Source of the DNA: Eledone cirrhosa
Lineage: Eukaryota
Direction of reading: 5' to 3'
DNA: 64,000 bases
Assembly: GCA_964016885.1 (NCBI GenBank)
Contig: OZ024740.1
Span: 64,294,001-64,358,000 of the forward strand
The notes under the pieces are model-generated. The model searched no databases, was not told the origin of the DNA, and saw nothing but the letters and a program-made list of their open reading frames with translations. The position numbers were made by a program, and so were the translations under genes. This document shows positions 1 to 12,279 of this stretch, one piece after another (the stretch's first letter is position 1; the number at the start of each line of letters is the position of its first letter).

Positions 1-129
1 AGGAAAAAACTCGTTGAGAAAGTAAAACTCCGTTCCGCTTACTCTAGTAGGCTTTTATATTTATATGTGAGCTGATAGAGTACAGTCTAAGGATTTACAG
101 AAACCCATGAAGCTAGATTTAACACCTGT

Positions 130-381
130 CTAGTGGGTCCGGGTATGATTTTACATTCATTTAAATTATTGACGTATTGTTTTATTGATATTTTTTATCT
201 GTTTGTCCCGAATCTTCCTCTATCGATTTTAAATCGTATGGTTGATTGTAGACTTGTTCTATATGTGACGGTATTTTAACGATAGTTATAGCTCTGATTC
301 ATCTGAATTATTGAGCCCTCTGCCGCTCATATCGAATCTCGTTTATCGTGAACTCGTGCGCCGATTTTTCGATACTCGATC

Positions 382-388
<7 letters not shown>
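130..388 (-). repeat. (TA)n-abutting interspersed repeat; diverged inverted copy at 7197-7450
   Basis: Blocks such as ttttaacgatagttatagctctg and tattgagccctctgcc are reverse complements of cagagctataactatcgttaaaa and ggcagagggctcaata at 7260-7312. Confidence 0.65.
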
Positions 389-738
<350 letters not shown>

Positions 739-739
<1 letters not shown>

Positions 740-882
740 CAAAGGAGGTGTGGTAAGGAACCAGATGGACCATTACGCACCAGAGTACTCAATACCTAGG
801 GTAGTAGAGTGGGCAATAGGAAAAAAGGTCCAGAAATAGCCGTCGAAACGGCTTGAGCTCTGCCGTCGGGGTCAAACTTATT

Positions 883-887
<5 letters not shown>
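739..887. mobile_element. Short (TA)n-flanked repeat carrying the 3' half of a hammerhead; family also at 7475-7619, 30509-30732, 42017-42220
   Basis: Near-identical ggtgtggtaaggaaccagatggacc...gtccagaaatagccgtcGAAAcggcttgagctctgccgTCggggtc in four places. Confidence 0.75.
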
Positions 888-926
<39 letters not shown>

Positions 927-930
927 CATA

Positions 931-2317
931 CTTCCGCCACCGTTCCAAACGGAATAACATCTCACGGGGCGAACTCCTCGCTCTCCGCTCCCTCCGTAGC
1001 CGAGATGACATCGTCATCAAACCGGCGGACAAGGGAGGCGCCGTGGTGGTGTGGCGCGCGGACCTCTACACTTCCGAAGCCCTCAGGCAGCTCCGTAACC
1101 CCCTCTTCTACCGCCCTCTACCCTCCGATCCCACACCCCTCTACCAACAACAAGTTTCATCCACCATCCAACACCTTGTCTCCTACTCCCTCCTCCCCCA
1201 CCGCTTCCCACCTCATCGTCCGCACCCCCCGCACCCCCACCATCTACTTCCTCCCCAAACTCCACAAACCCGACAACCCTGGCCGCCCCATCGTCTCCGC
1301 TTGCAACTGACCCACCGAACTCATCTCCGCCTTTCTCGATCCATCCTCTCCCCCCCTGTCACCACCCTCCCCTCTCACATCTCCGACACCAAACACGCCC
1401 TGCGCCTTTTCGACTCCTTCACCTACCCACACGGCCTACAGCCCTTCCTCTTCACCCTAGACATCAAGTCCCTCTATACCGTCATCCCCCACGCCGACGG
1501 CCTACGCACCCTCAAACACTACCTCGGCCTTCGCCCCTCCCCCATTGCATCCACCCCCACCCTCCTTCGCCTCGCCGAGCAGGTCCTCACCCTCAACTGT
1601 TTCTCCTTCTCGGGTGAGTTTTACCAACAGGTCACGGGGGTAGCCATGGGTACAAGAATGGGCCCAAACTATGCCAACCTTTTTGTTGGCCATGTTGAGG
1701 CCCAAATCTTTGCCCAGTACACTGGCCCCACGCCCAAACTGTACGGTCGTTACATCGACGACTGTATCGGAACCACGACCCTCACCCGAGAACAGCTCGA
1801 CTCCTTTCTCTCCTTCTTCTGCTCCTTCCACCCCTCCCTCCACTTCACCACCTCTATCTCCACCACACACGTCCACTTCTTAGACATCTCCGTCGCCTTC
1901 GACCCCTCCCACCACTCCCTCGTCACCTCCACCTTCTTCAAACCCACCGACTCCCACTCCTACCTCGACTTCACCTCTTCCCACCCCACTCACACTAAAC
2001 ACTCTATTCCCTACTCCCAAATCCTCAGGATCCGCCGCCTCTGTAGCCGAGATGCCGACTTTGAGTCCCAGGCCATTTCCCTAGTCAGGCATTTCATCCG
2101 CAGAGGTTACCCCCCCTCTCTCGTCCACACCGCTCTCCCACGCGCCCGTGCTGTCCACCGCTCCACCACCCTCACCCCACGCCATCGCACACCCACCCAC
2201 CGTCTCCCCTTCCCCATCACCTACCACCACTCCACCATACCCCTCCACCGCACCATCCTCCGCCTCTTCCGACGCCTCCAGTCCGACCCCTCCACCTCCC
2301 ACATCTTCCCAGCCCCA
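931..2317 (+). mobile_element. Penelope-like element RT region (C-rich family), truncated at both ends, frameshifted
   Basis: Motifs IKPADKGGAVVVW, LPKLHKP..PGRPIVS, LDIKSLYT, GVAMGTRMGPNYANLF, YIDD, FLDI, FKPTDSHSYL..SSHP; frame changes near 1200 and 1340. Confidence 0.92.
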
Positions 2318-2520
2318 CAATTATATCGTTTTCAAAATCCATTAAAAGTTTGTTGGGGGGTGGATTTTTTTAGATTTGAAAACTTGATCTAAGTCTGAGA
2401 CATTTTCATTTAGATTAGATTTATCAAAGTGGAAGGCACGCCACCTGATTCTTCTTATAAAAGAGTCTGATTTTTCTATTAATTGTTTTTTTATTTTCTC
2501 CGCCTCCTTAACACTATAAC
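2318..2520 (-). mobile_element. N-terminal fragment of an AT-rich PLE ORF
   Basis: KKQLIEKSDSFIRRIRWRAFHF resembles the N-terminus of invertebrate PLE ORFs; abrupt composition change at 2317. Confidence 0.55.
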
Positions 2521-2840
2521 TAAATAAATAAATAAATAAATAATTACAGTACTCCCTCCTCCCTAAATCTCTCATTTTGCATGTTGAATTATTATTATTC
2601 ATCTGTTACCTCAGCTGCCTCTCATTTTTCACCTCCTCACTATTTCTCTCTCCCATATCTCTCTCTATCTCTCTCTGTTTATCTTTACATACATTTATTC
2701 CTTATCTCCGTCTTTCTTTCTAACTGTACTTAACACTAAATATTTACAAACATTTCACTACCAAACCAACTTTTTTAAATGGAAGTTGATCAATATTTTA
2801 TGGTACGTCAAATTTATTTATAAAACTGCTTATATATTGT

Positions 2841-2904
2841 ATTTTATCTGAAGAAGGCATGCCATATTTTTAATATGGTATCCCTGAAATATGTATAATG
2901 AAAT
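2841..2904 (+). ncRNA. Minimal type-I hammerhead ribozyme in a PLE-type terminus
   Basis: attttat-CTGAAGA-(stem II)-GAAA-tatgta-TA-atgaaat, with AATAAA immediately after. Confidence 0.75.
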
Positions 2905-3035
2905 AAATATGGTTTTATAAATATAGTTTCCATTTGTTTAATATCGTATATCTACTCCAAAACTTGTTGAGTGCTTTATATCAGTTATAAAATATTTACT
3001 CGTTGTAACCCAACAATTTTAAATAAAACTTTTGC

Positions 3036-3085
<50 letters not shown>

Positions 3086-3173
3086 GGAAATCAGTAAAAT
3101 CGAATCTCTGGCGGTTTGCAAGTGAATTCGGCCTACTTATATGAAATGATGAGTTAGCAAAGCACTCGATAAG

Positions 3174-3211
<38 letters not shown>

Positions 3212-3221
<10 letters not shown>

Positions 3222-5852
3222 AGAACAAAAGATGGTTAAAAGAGTTCTATGTATTTTATTATGCGCATTTCAAAAACAAATATCATCATGCAATAATATT
3301 TGTGTTTCCATCAGATAAAACAGGAAGACATGATATGAAGGTTAAAAAACACTTGTGGATAGTTCAGTTTTAAATCAACATATGAGAAGTAGTTTTAGAT
3401 TGATGTGTGATATTGGGAAAAATATTTTATTTAGAGGGGGGGGGGGTGGAAAGGATGAAAAAAAAGGAGGAGATGAGAGTAAAGGTGGAGAGGGAGGAGT
3501 ATAATGAGGAAGGATGAGATAGGAGGAGAGATGGGTGATAGAGAGAGAGAGATAGCTTTTATAACTGAGAAAGATATATTGTTTTATATAGAGAAGTTGA
3601 AAACCGTTGGAAGATAATGTATAAATTAAAAGAATTTGAAAATTAACGAAGAGAAAAATAATGTAAAGTTAAGGTTTGTATATTGAGGGTTTGATAATAT
3701 GTGCGAAGAAAAAGAAAGAGTTAATATGTATTGAGAATAATGAGTTAGATGAAAGGGAGAAAAGAATAATGAATTGAGGATGAATAATCTAACGTCAAAA
3801 AAAATGTATATGTTTACGAAGCATTTTTACAAGGTGATATAGAGTAAGAATGTGTTGTATTATGTAATAATTGATTCTATGTTAGGCAAGAGTGAGAAAA
3901 GGTACAGATTAGGGGTTAGACATTAGAAGAGAAGAGAAGAAAGGGAAGTGAGAAATAGGGGCGATGTAGAATGAGTAAACAAGTATTATATTTGAAAATT
4001 AACGAAGAGAAAAGTAATGTAAAGTTAAGGTTTGTATATTGAGGGGTTTGATAATATGTGCGAAGAAAATGTTAATATGTATTGAGAATAATGAGTTAGA
4101 TGAAAGGGAGAAAAGAATAATGAATTGAGGATGAATAATCTAACGTCAAAAAAAATGTATATGTTTACGAAGCATTTTTACAAGGTTATATAGAGTAAGA
4201 ATGTATTGTATTATGTAATAATTGATTCTATGTTAGGCAAGAGTGAGAAAAGGTACAGAGTAGGGGTTAGACATTAGAAGAAGAAGAGAAAAAAGGGAAG
4301 TGATAAATAGGGGCGATGTAGAATGAGTAAACAAGTATTATAGAATGTATAATAACCTTTGAAATAAGGTAGAAAGATGGGTATATTTTTAAAAGAAGTG
4401 TATATATATATATGTGCCTTTGAGAAAAAGATTCTAAATTGATAAAGAATTGAATATTAGCTGTATACTTTGTGAAATGTTTTATGGAATTTATGCAAGC
4501 AGATAGAAAACAAGTCAGTGCGTCTATTTATTATAGAATCTAGATTAGAGATAATGGTAAATTTTTCATTTAGACAGAGATTGCAGATTTTGGATAGAGA
4601 ACTGTTCAAGTATGGAGACGCAGAAGAAACCTTCTTCCAAAAGATGCTATATTTAATATTTTTGTCTTTCAAGGACCATATGAGTTCTGAGAGAGCCGTG
4701 TTGGTTCTTTTAAGTTTGTATTTAAAAGACGAATGATGGTTATAAAGACGAGCTTTAAAAGAGGTGGAAGTGGAGCCAAAATAGGTGAAGGAATTGGTGT
4801 CAGTTATAACTTTACATTCTTAAATTAAGTTTTTATCAAGACAATGGTTGTTGAGAGGACATTTATTTTTAATAGGGCAATTGCAATTGCAATTAGAGAG
4901 ATTATTAATGAGTGACCTAGTGTTATCTATAGAAGGAATTGGATTGGAGAAGTTGTTTGCGATAGGAATAATAGTTTCTTGATTTAGAATGGGATTAAGA
5001 ACATTTAGCGAAGTTGTGTTTGACGTTGTATTTGGGTTTGTAGAAATTAGCCTAGGGTTTACAATGACGTCGGGAGTACTATTATTATGAAATTCAGTGT
5101 TGGAAGGAAGAGATTTAGTATTTAGTATTTTATTGTTGTGTTTAGAGATAATGTTGGAAATGTTGGAGGATGTAGAATAGGAAAATTTTATAGTGTGTTT
5201 GTTAAATATTTTACTATAGATATGTGAGGGAGGGAAGCATTTATTTAAGGCACTAAAGAATAATTTAGGAATATTGTTATTAATAGAGATGGAGAAAGGA
5301 GCATTAAACCAGATTATGTTTGTGTATCTAGGTCTTTTATTAAAGTTATTGGAATGATCATGATTAATTATTCTACTGTAATTTCTTCTAGAATTTGTTT
5401 CTTTACTATATTTGATTTTATCAGGATAGCCGGCTTTAGAAAGCGCGTTATTATAGTAATTGGCGTTAGCATCAAAGATGTTTTTATTAGAAGATAGGTT
5501 AGATATTCTTTTTCCAATATTACTAACTATAGCATTCTTGATATTAGTAGGATGGTTAGATTTAAAGTTAACATAATTTAGGTTCTCATTGTTTTTATGG
5601 TAAGGGTAATATAGGCCAGTGTCAAGATTAAGAGATACATCCAAGAAATTAGCTAGTTTGATACTGTTATCAAATTCAATTTTTAGGTTATGTTGGTTAA
5701 AGAGATTACGTATATTGTTCTTAATAATATTAAGGTTAACTATGTTGCAATTTAAGATAGTAAAGAGTCCATCGTCATGATAAAATCCACTGCGAAGTTA
5801 CGGAATTTTCCGACTCAAAGTGTTCAAAATAAAGATACCAATTAAATCAGTC
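3212..5852 (-). mobile_element. 5'-truncated AT-rich PLE: RT C-terminus, GIY-YIG and 3' UTR/pLTR
   Basis: GFYHDDGL, FLDVSLNL, YVNFKSNHP, IIWFNAPFS, then YFGSTSTSFKARLYNH..TALSELIW..CNLCLNEK; ~355-bp internal tandem duplication at 3635-4342; mutated HHR (CTGATGG) at 3254-3320. Confidence 0.9.
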
Positions 5853-6990
5853 AAATATTAAATATAGCATCTTTTGGAAGAAGGTTTCTTCTGCGTCTTT
5901 ATACTTGAACAGTTCTCTATCCAAAATCTGCAATCTCTGTCTAAATGAAAAATTTACCATTATCTCTAATCTAGATTCTATAATAAATAGACGCACTGAC
6001 TTGTTTTCTATCTGCTTGCATAAATTCCATAAAACATTTCACAAAGTATACAGCTAATATTCAATTCTTTATCAATTTAGAATCTTTTTCTCAAAGGCAC
6101 ATATATATATATATACACTTCTTTTAAAAATATACCCATCTTTCTACCTTATTTCAAAGGTTATTATACATTCTATAATACTTGTTTACTCATTCTACAT
6201 CGCCCCTATTTATCACTTCCCTTTCTTCTCGTCTTCTTCTAATGTCTAACCCCTAATCTGTACCTTTTCTCACTCTTGCCTAACATAGAATCAATTATTA
6301 CATAATACAACACATTCTTACTCTATATCACCTTGTAAAAATGCTTCGTAAACATATACATTTTTTTTGACGTTAGATTATTCATCCTCAATTCATTATT
6401 CTTTTCTCCCTTTCATCTAACTCATTATTCTCAATACATATTAACTCTTTCGTTTTCTTCGCACATATTATCAAACCCCTCAATATACAAACCTTATTAT
6501 CTTCCAACGGTTTTCAACCTCTCTATGTAAAACAATATATCTTTCTCAGTTATAAAAGCTATCTCTCTCTCTCTATCACCCATCTCTCCTCCTATCTCAT
6601 CCTTCCTCATTATACTCCTCCCTCTCCACCTTTACTCTCATCTCCTCCTTTTTTTTCATCCTTTCCAACCCCCCCCTCTAAATAAAATATTTTTCCCAAT
6701 ATCACACATCAATCTAAAACTACTTCTCACATGTTGATTTAAAACTGAACTATCCACAAGTGCTTTTTAACCTTCATATCATGTCTTTCTGTTTTATCTG
6801 ATGAAAACACAAATATTATTGTATGATGATATTTGTTTTTGAAATGCGCATAATAAAATACATGGAACTCTTTTAACCATCTTTTGTTCTTATATATTAT
6901 GTATACTCCAGTCCTACAAACTGTAGAGTGCTTCTTATCCGATATCTGCATTGCTTTATTGTACTACAATAAAACTCACCTCCTACATTA
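5853..6990 (+). mobile_element. Inverted copy of the 3' end of the same PLE plus a ~90-nt tail
   Basis: 5853-6900 is the reverse complement of ~3212-4661, without the internal duplication. Confidence 0.9.
6792..6858 (+). ncRNA. Type-I hammerhead ribozyme
   Basis: ttttat-CTGATGA-aaacacaaatat..atatttgttttt-GAAA-tgcgca-TA-ataaaa. Confidence 0.85.
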
Positions 6991-7012
6991 TATATATACA
7001 CATATATATATT

Positions 7013-7450
<438 letters not shown>

Positions 7451-7474
7451 GGATGTTGATATATACATATATAT

Positions 7475-7619
7475 AACGAAAGAGGTGTGGTAAGGAACCA
7501 GATGGACCATAACGCACCAGAGTACTCAATACTTAGGGTAGTAGAGTGGGCAATAGGAAAAAAGTCCAGAAATAGCCGTCGAAACGGCTTGAGCTCTGCC
7601 GTCGGGGACAAACTTTTTC
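7475..7619. mobile_element. Copy of the 739-887 half-hammerhead repeat
   Basis: Near-identical, with the same internal junction. Confidence 0.8.
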
Positions 7620-7699
7620 ATATATATATATATATATATATTTGAATGCTATTGTTTACGTTCATCGTTCTGTTTTTTTCTCTCACTAGGACCTTAAAA

Positions 7700-8530
7700 C
7701 ATGTAAGGTATATATTTTAATTTTATTTGCTTGAGCACGTGTCGTGGCTCTGACAATGCACCCTTCGTGTTTGCATTCTCGCAGCTATCACGCCGATTGC
7801 TATATCGCTCCTAATCCTTTTATCTAATTTAGCTACTACCCCCCCCCCGTTCTACTGTTCCCTATCGCTACTTCTTCAATAAAAGCTATTGATTCTACTC
7901 TAATCGCTGACTTGAGAGAGCCTCACCATATGTTGTTGACAAATTCCACTGTCAACCAATGCTTAACTAATGTGTTAACCCGGTATCTGCAGGCTTTACT
8001 CGCCGGGAAAGATGCGTGAAGTTTCCAGTAACCGGATCCCTGTCGACTAGTTCTACCTAGAACGACAATGCAGATCGCAAATGTGCTGTCTGACGAGGCA
8101 ACGGTTCGAAATTGTGGATACCCTATATTATCTTTATCTACTAACCTAACTCCTGTCGGATCGTAAACGGCCACACGTCTAGAACATCACCTTCACCATC
8201 GCTCACCTTCAGGAACAACAACTTACTGTCTGGGCCCAGAAACATCGAAATCCAGGTCGTTTCTAAACAGCACCGCCACTCCGCTTCCTATTCCAGGCCG
8301 ACTGAGTGAGGGTTAGATCACAAAGCCGTCAAAAATAGGGGTTACTAAAAACGTGCTGGAAATTCTGGTCTCACTGACGACTGTCACATCTATAGCTATT
8401 GGCCTGAGGTCGTAATGGCGTCGAGCAAGTGAACTTGCTTTCAGGACGACCCCAGGCCACATACATGTATACATCCTACCCTTAGAATTGTCATGTTTGT
8501 TGTCTAGGGTTAAGAGAAAAAAAATGGGGG
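7700..8530 (-). pseudogene. Degenerate Tx1-like ORF2 N-terminus (APE domain), a diverged relative of 23630-24700
   Basis: ATG at 8494 reads MTILRVGCIHVCGLGSS*KQ versus MANIRVGCVNVRGLGMPWKQ; also RQGSGYWKL, VNNIW, KHEGCIVR. Confidence 0.85.
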
Positions 8531-9822
8531 TTTCTTAACCTCCGGGTGTTGTTGGAGATCGGGTGGTTCGAACTCAATATCTGGTGCGGTTTCATTTGGG
8601 AACCGCTTTAAAAGCTTACTCGTAGCTTTTACATTCGGAGTCCTCACGCCGTGGGGTGGGGGAAGGTCGTCCTGTTTAGACATCTAGCAAGATTTGCACC
8701 ATCATTAGTGTTTCTGGTTCTTTAAAACAAAAACAAAAGGAGGATGTTTGTTAAAGCAAACACAAGCTTAAACCCAAGGGCTACAGATAGAGACAATCTA
8801 ACAAGTTTACGAAAATACTGGTTAGTTTAGCTAGAAAACAGTAACAAATGTTCGAGGAGGTAGGTTCGATAACAATGCAAAATGGAACAAACTTACGGAG
8901 CAATTTAAGACGTTGCAAAAGAAATTAACACCATTAATCATATTCTATGTGCCACAAGGACGAATATGTGGAGACAATAATAATAATGCATATCTTAGTT
9001 TTAACTATAATGATTTTTTATTACCACGACGTTTGCTGCGCTAAATGTCAGTAGCACTGATATTACTGTTATTTTGCTATTACTGGATTTGGTAAGGGAA
9101 GTGTTATTGCTGTTGATTATGATAATGATATTGGTGTTGGTGTTGAGGAATTCCAGAATGTTAATTATAATGATAATAATAGCAGTGGCGGTCGTAATCT
9201 CACTTCGTGATGGAAGAAAAAAACCAAAACAAAACGAAATACAGTACAAAAATATTTTAATTGCGTAAAGTCTAGTGTTTTAAATAACAGCACAACCAAT
9301 CATTACACCGAAACATTGCACACACAGTCTCTTTCTTTCTCTCTCCAACTAACTCTTTCTCTATTTATCTTCATCTGTCTCTCTTATTATCGCTCTCTCT
9401 TTTACTTTCTCGATGTTTTCAAAATATTTCGTTCCCGGCGTAAAGTAGAATAATAGACAGTTTATTCCTTTGCACTAATTAGTTTACATGGTGTTCGACT
9501 CTTGAATTCATTGTAATTACAATGGAGCAGTTTAATTGCATGACCAATTACTAAGAGCCAAATTAACAGCACTTCCCATAGGAATCCGTTATGTTTTTTA
9601 CCCTCTAGACCCCAACTCCACATCATCACAACCCGCTCCCATCACCGCAACAATCCTCGCTGATGCTGCTGCCACCGCCATCATCATTGTGAGGGTTACA
9701 ACGAAGATAATGGTGGTGGAGATAATAATGAAGATGGTATTTTTTTTACTAGACTTGTGTTACATTAACAGAACACATAACATTTACATCCTAGCATATA
9801 CGTACCGGTTAAATTTATATCA

Positions 9823-11271
9823 TCTATACTATAAAGCTGACGGCCGTATGTAAGTAACTAACTTTCCGCCAAGCGGCGGGACCGAACGGCACCAAATTTG
9901 CACCATAGATGTAACTTTTTCCAAGTAAGAAAGTGAGGGTATTTTTGTCTACTGAATTTTATTAAAAGATTAAAGACATTATTTAAATATTCACTTCTTT
10001 AAAATTTTCAAATGTCAACACTTCCGTTTATACGACATTCCTAACGTCTTCACGAACCAAAGTCTTCTGTTTTCTTTCGGTTGCAACGTTTTTCGAAATA
10101 TTTACTTCTGCGTTCACAGATTGATTTTTTTAGTTTCAGAGATCCCGTTAAGGGTGAAAACAGCGATTCTTTGCTTAAACTTTAATCTGTTATTTTAATA
10201 TATATATATAATTATATATTCGTGTACAGATATTTTTGCATACACAAAAACAAAATATAAACAAACGTATTTATTTAACGAAAGCACAGACGGCTTATCG
10301 TCATTGTTACTGCCGATATGCCACCCAAAAAATCCTAGCCTGGCCGCAAGATCAGATTTTCCAGAAGAAAAAATGTTACTAGAGCAACAGAGAGACTAAG
10401 CTTCGCGATTAACATCAACAAAGCTCAGGGTCAAACCCTAAAAGTGGCTAGCTTTCATCTGGGAAAACCATGGTCAATTGTATGTAGGATGCTCTAGGTT
10501 GAGCTCGCCAAACAATCTCTTCATCTTTGCTCCCCGAGGGCCGAACAAAAAATATTGTATACTCTGAGGCTCTAACAATGTAATTTATGTATTTTCTGTT
10601 ACTTGGAATTTCCACTACGGTTGTACAAATTATTGTAAAGTTTGTTAAAAAATTTGTTCTCTGTTCAACCTTTATTGTTGTAACTATCAATTTTCTTTAA
10701 CGTACTGGCTGAGAAAAGAAACCTACAATGAAAGAACATCTTAAAGTTTACCCAAGCCAAATGTTGTATTTATTAACCTTTCTATCTACAGGTTCTTAGC
10801 AAGCTTACTGGCGCTTTAGTATCGTATTCAATTCTCATATCGTTTTTGATTGATATGGTGCATCTATCGCAGCTCTTCGTATGTTTTAAACATTAGATAA
10901 CGATTGCTGATGTATATTGTACGACAGAATTAGCTGAAAAATATTTTGAATGAACAAATAAAAGAGATATAAAAGAGAGATGTTTGTTGGTTGGTTCCTT
11001 CGCATATCACACGAAAAGAACAGAAAGTGACAATCGGAAAGTATGTACAGGATTGGGATAAGAGTATATCCAGGAAAGTTTATTGATACTAATTTTATAA
11101 CACCAAATAAGAAGAAAGACATACCGCGTATGCTAACCAACCTGACTGCTATTTCTAGCAGGTTGGAATCAACCATAAGGGATTCTCTCAGCGAGTTCGT
11201 TGTCAGTGATGATCGTGTTTCGCGGCCTGTCTCCGATTCCAACGGTGGTTTACACACCCACACACACGCAC

Positions 11272-11302
<31 letters not shown>

Positions 11303-11469
11303 TACGCGAACACTCATACAGCCCCCCCCCACATATACACACACACACACACACACGCGCAATACACACACACTGTAAACAAAACAATGCATTCAATACA
11401 GACGTTTTCTCTTCTGCCGGTCTTCTCTTATCATTTGTCAACCTTGGCGAAGCTGGGTACCTCAGCTAG
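9823..11469 (+). mobile_element. Internally deleted Helitron
   Basis: A|TC 5' end, CTAG|T 3' end with subterminal hairpin 11441-11458; Pif1-type C-terminal remnant 10393-10583 (LSFAININKAQGQTL, HGQLYVGCSR, TKNIVYSEAL). Confidence 0.85.
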
Positions 11470-11538
11470 TTATATATACAATATAGAGTGTAACTGATAT
11501 TGCGTAAATGTGATTATAAATACTCAGACACATATCTA

Positions 11539-12165
11539 AGTATGTTCTTCTGGTTTTATAATTTCACAAATTTTTACCAATAGAGAGCGGGAGTCAGTTT
11601 CAAGACTCTCTCATTGGAATTTGCACAACATCAACTAGGTAGATATGTCTGCATGTCTGCATGCATGCGTGTGTGTGTGCAGGTATGGATGTTGTGTGGA
11701 GGTATATGTTTTGAGTTATATGTGTGCAGCATATGCATATGTTTTGTATCTATACATGTGTACGTGCATTATTAGATGCAGAACTTTTGGAATGTTTTAC
11801 ATATTTTACTGTTCCATTAATGGATTGTACTTGTAATTTTCTAACTAGTTGTGTTCTTTCTGTTTCTGTGAAGCCCAGCTTCTCTAGATTTGTACTGAGG
11901 CAGTTACTAGCATATCCCAGTACCCCAATAATCACAGGCATAAATCTGAAGGTGTAGTCAGGGTGGAGTATCTGCAAATTTCTCATTAGTTCTGCATAGA
12001 TATTCCCTTTTCCCCTAATCGTTAATATGATATTGGCATCTGCTGGACAGCTAACTTCCACTACTGTGCATGCATTCTTTTCCTTCTCCCATAATATCGT
12101 ATTATCTGGTCGTTATGCTTGAATTTTATTGGGGCTTTGACTGGAACATTCCACCAGTACTCTTT
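11539..12165 (-). mobile_element. 3' fragment of an R4/Dong-like non-LTR retrotransposon (restriction-like endonuclease and 3' UTR)
   Basis: VVEVSCPAD..NIYAEL..PVIIGVLG..LEKLG..LQVQSINGT matches the RLE C-terminal pattern; same 3' end at 55675-55735. Confidence 0.7.
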
Positions 12166-12279
12166 CATATTATGTATGTGTATGTCTTCCACATTGGTGT
12201 AGCTTTTAATGTATGTATGCATGTGTGTGTGTGTGCGCGTGTGTATGAATGTATGTATGAATGTATGTATGTATGATTC

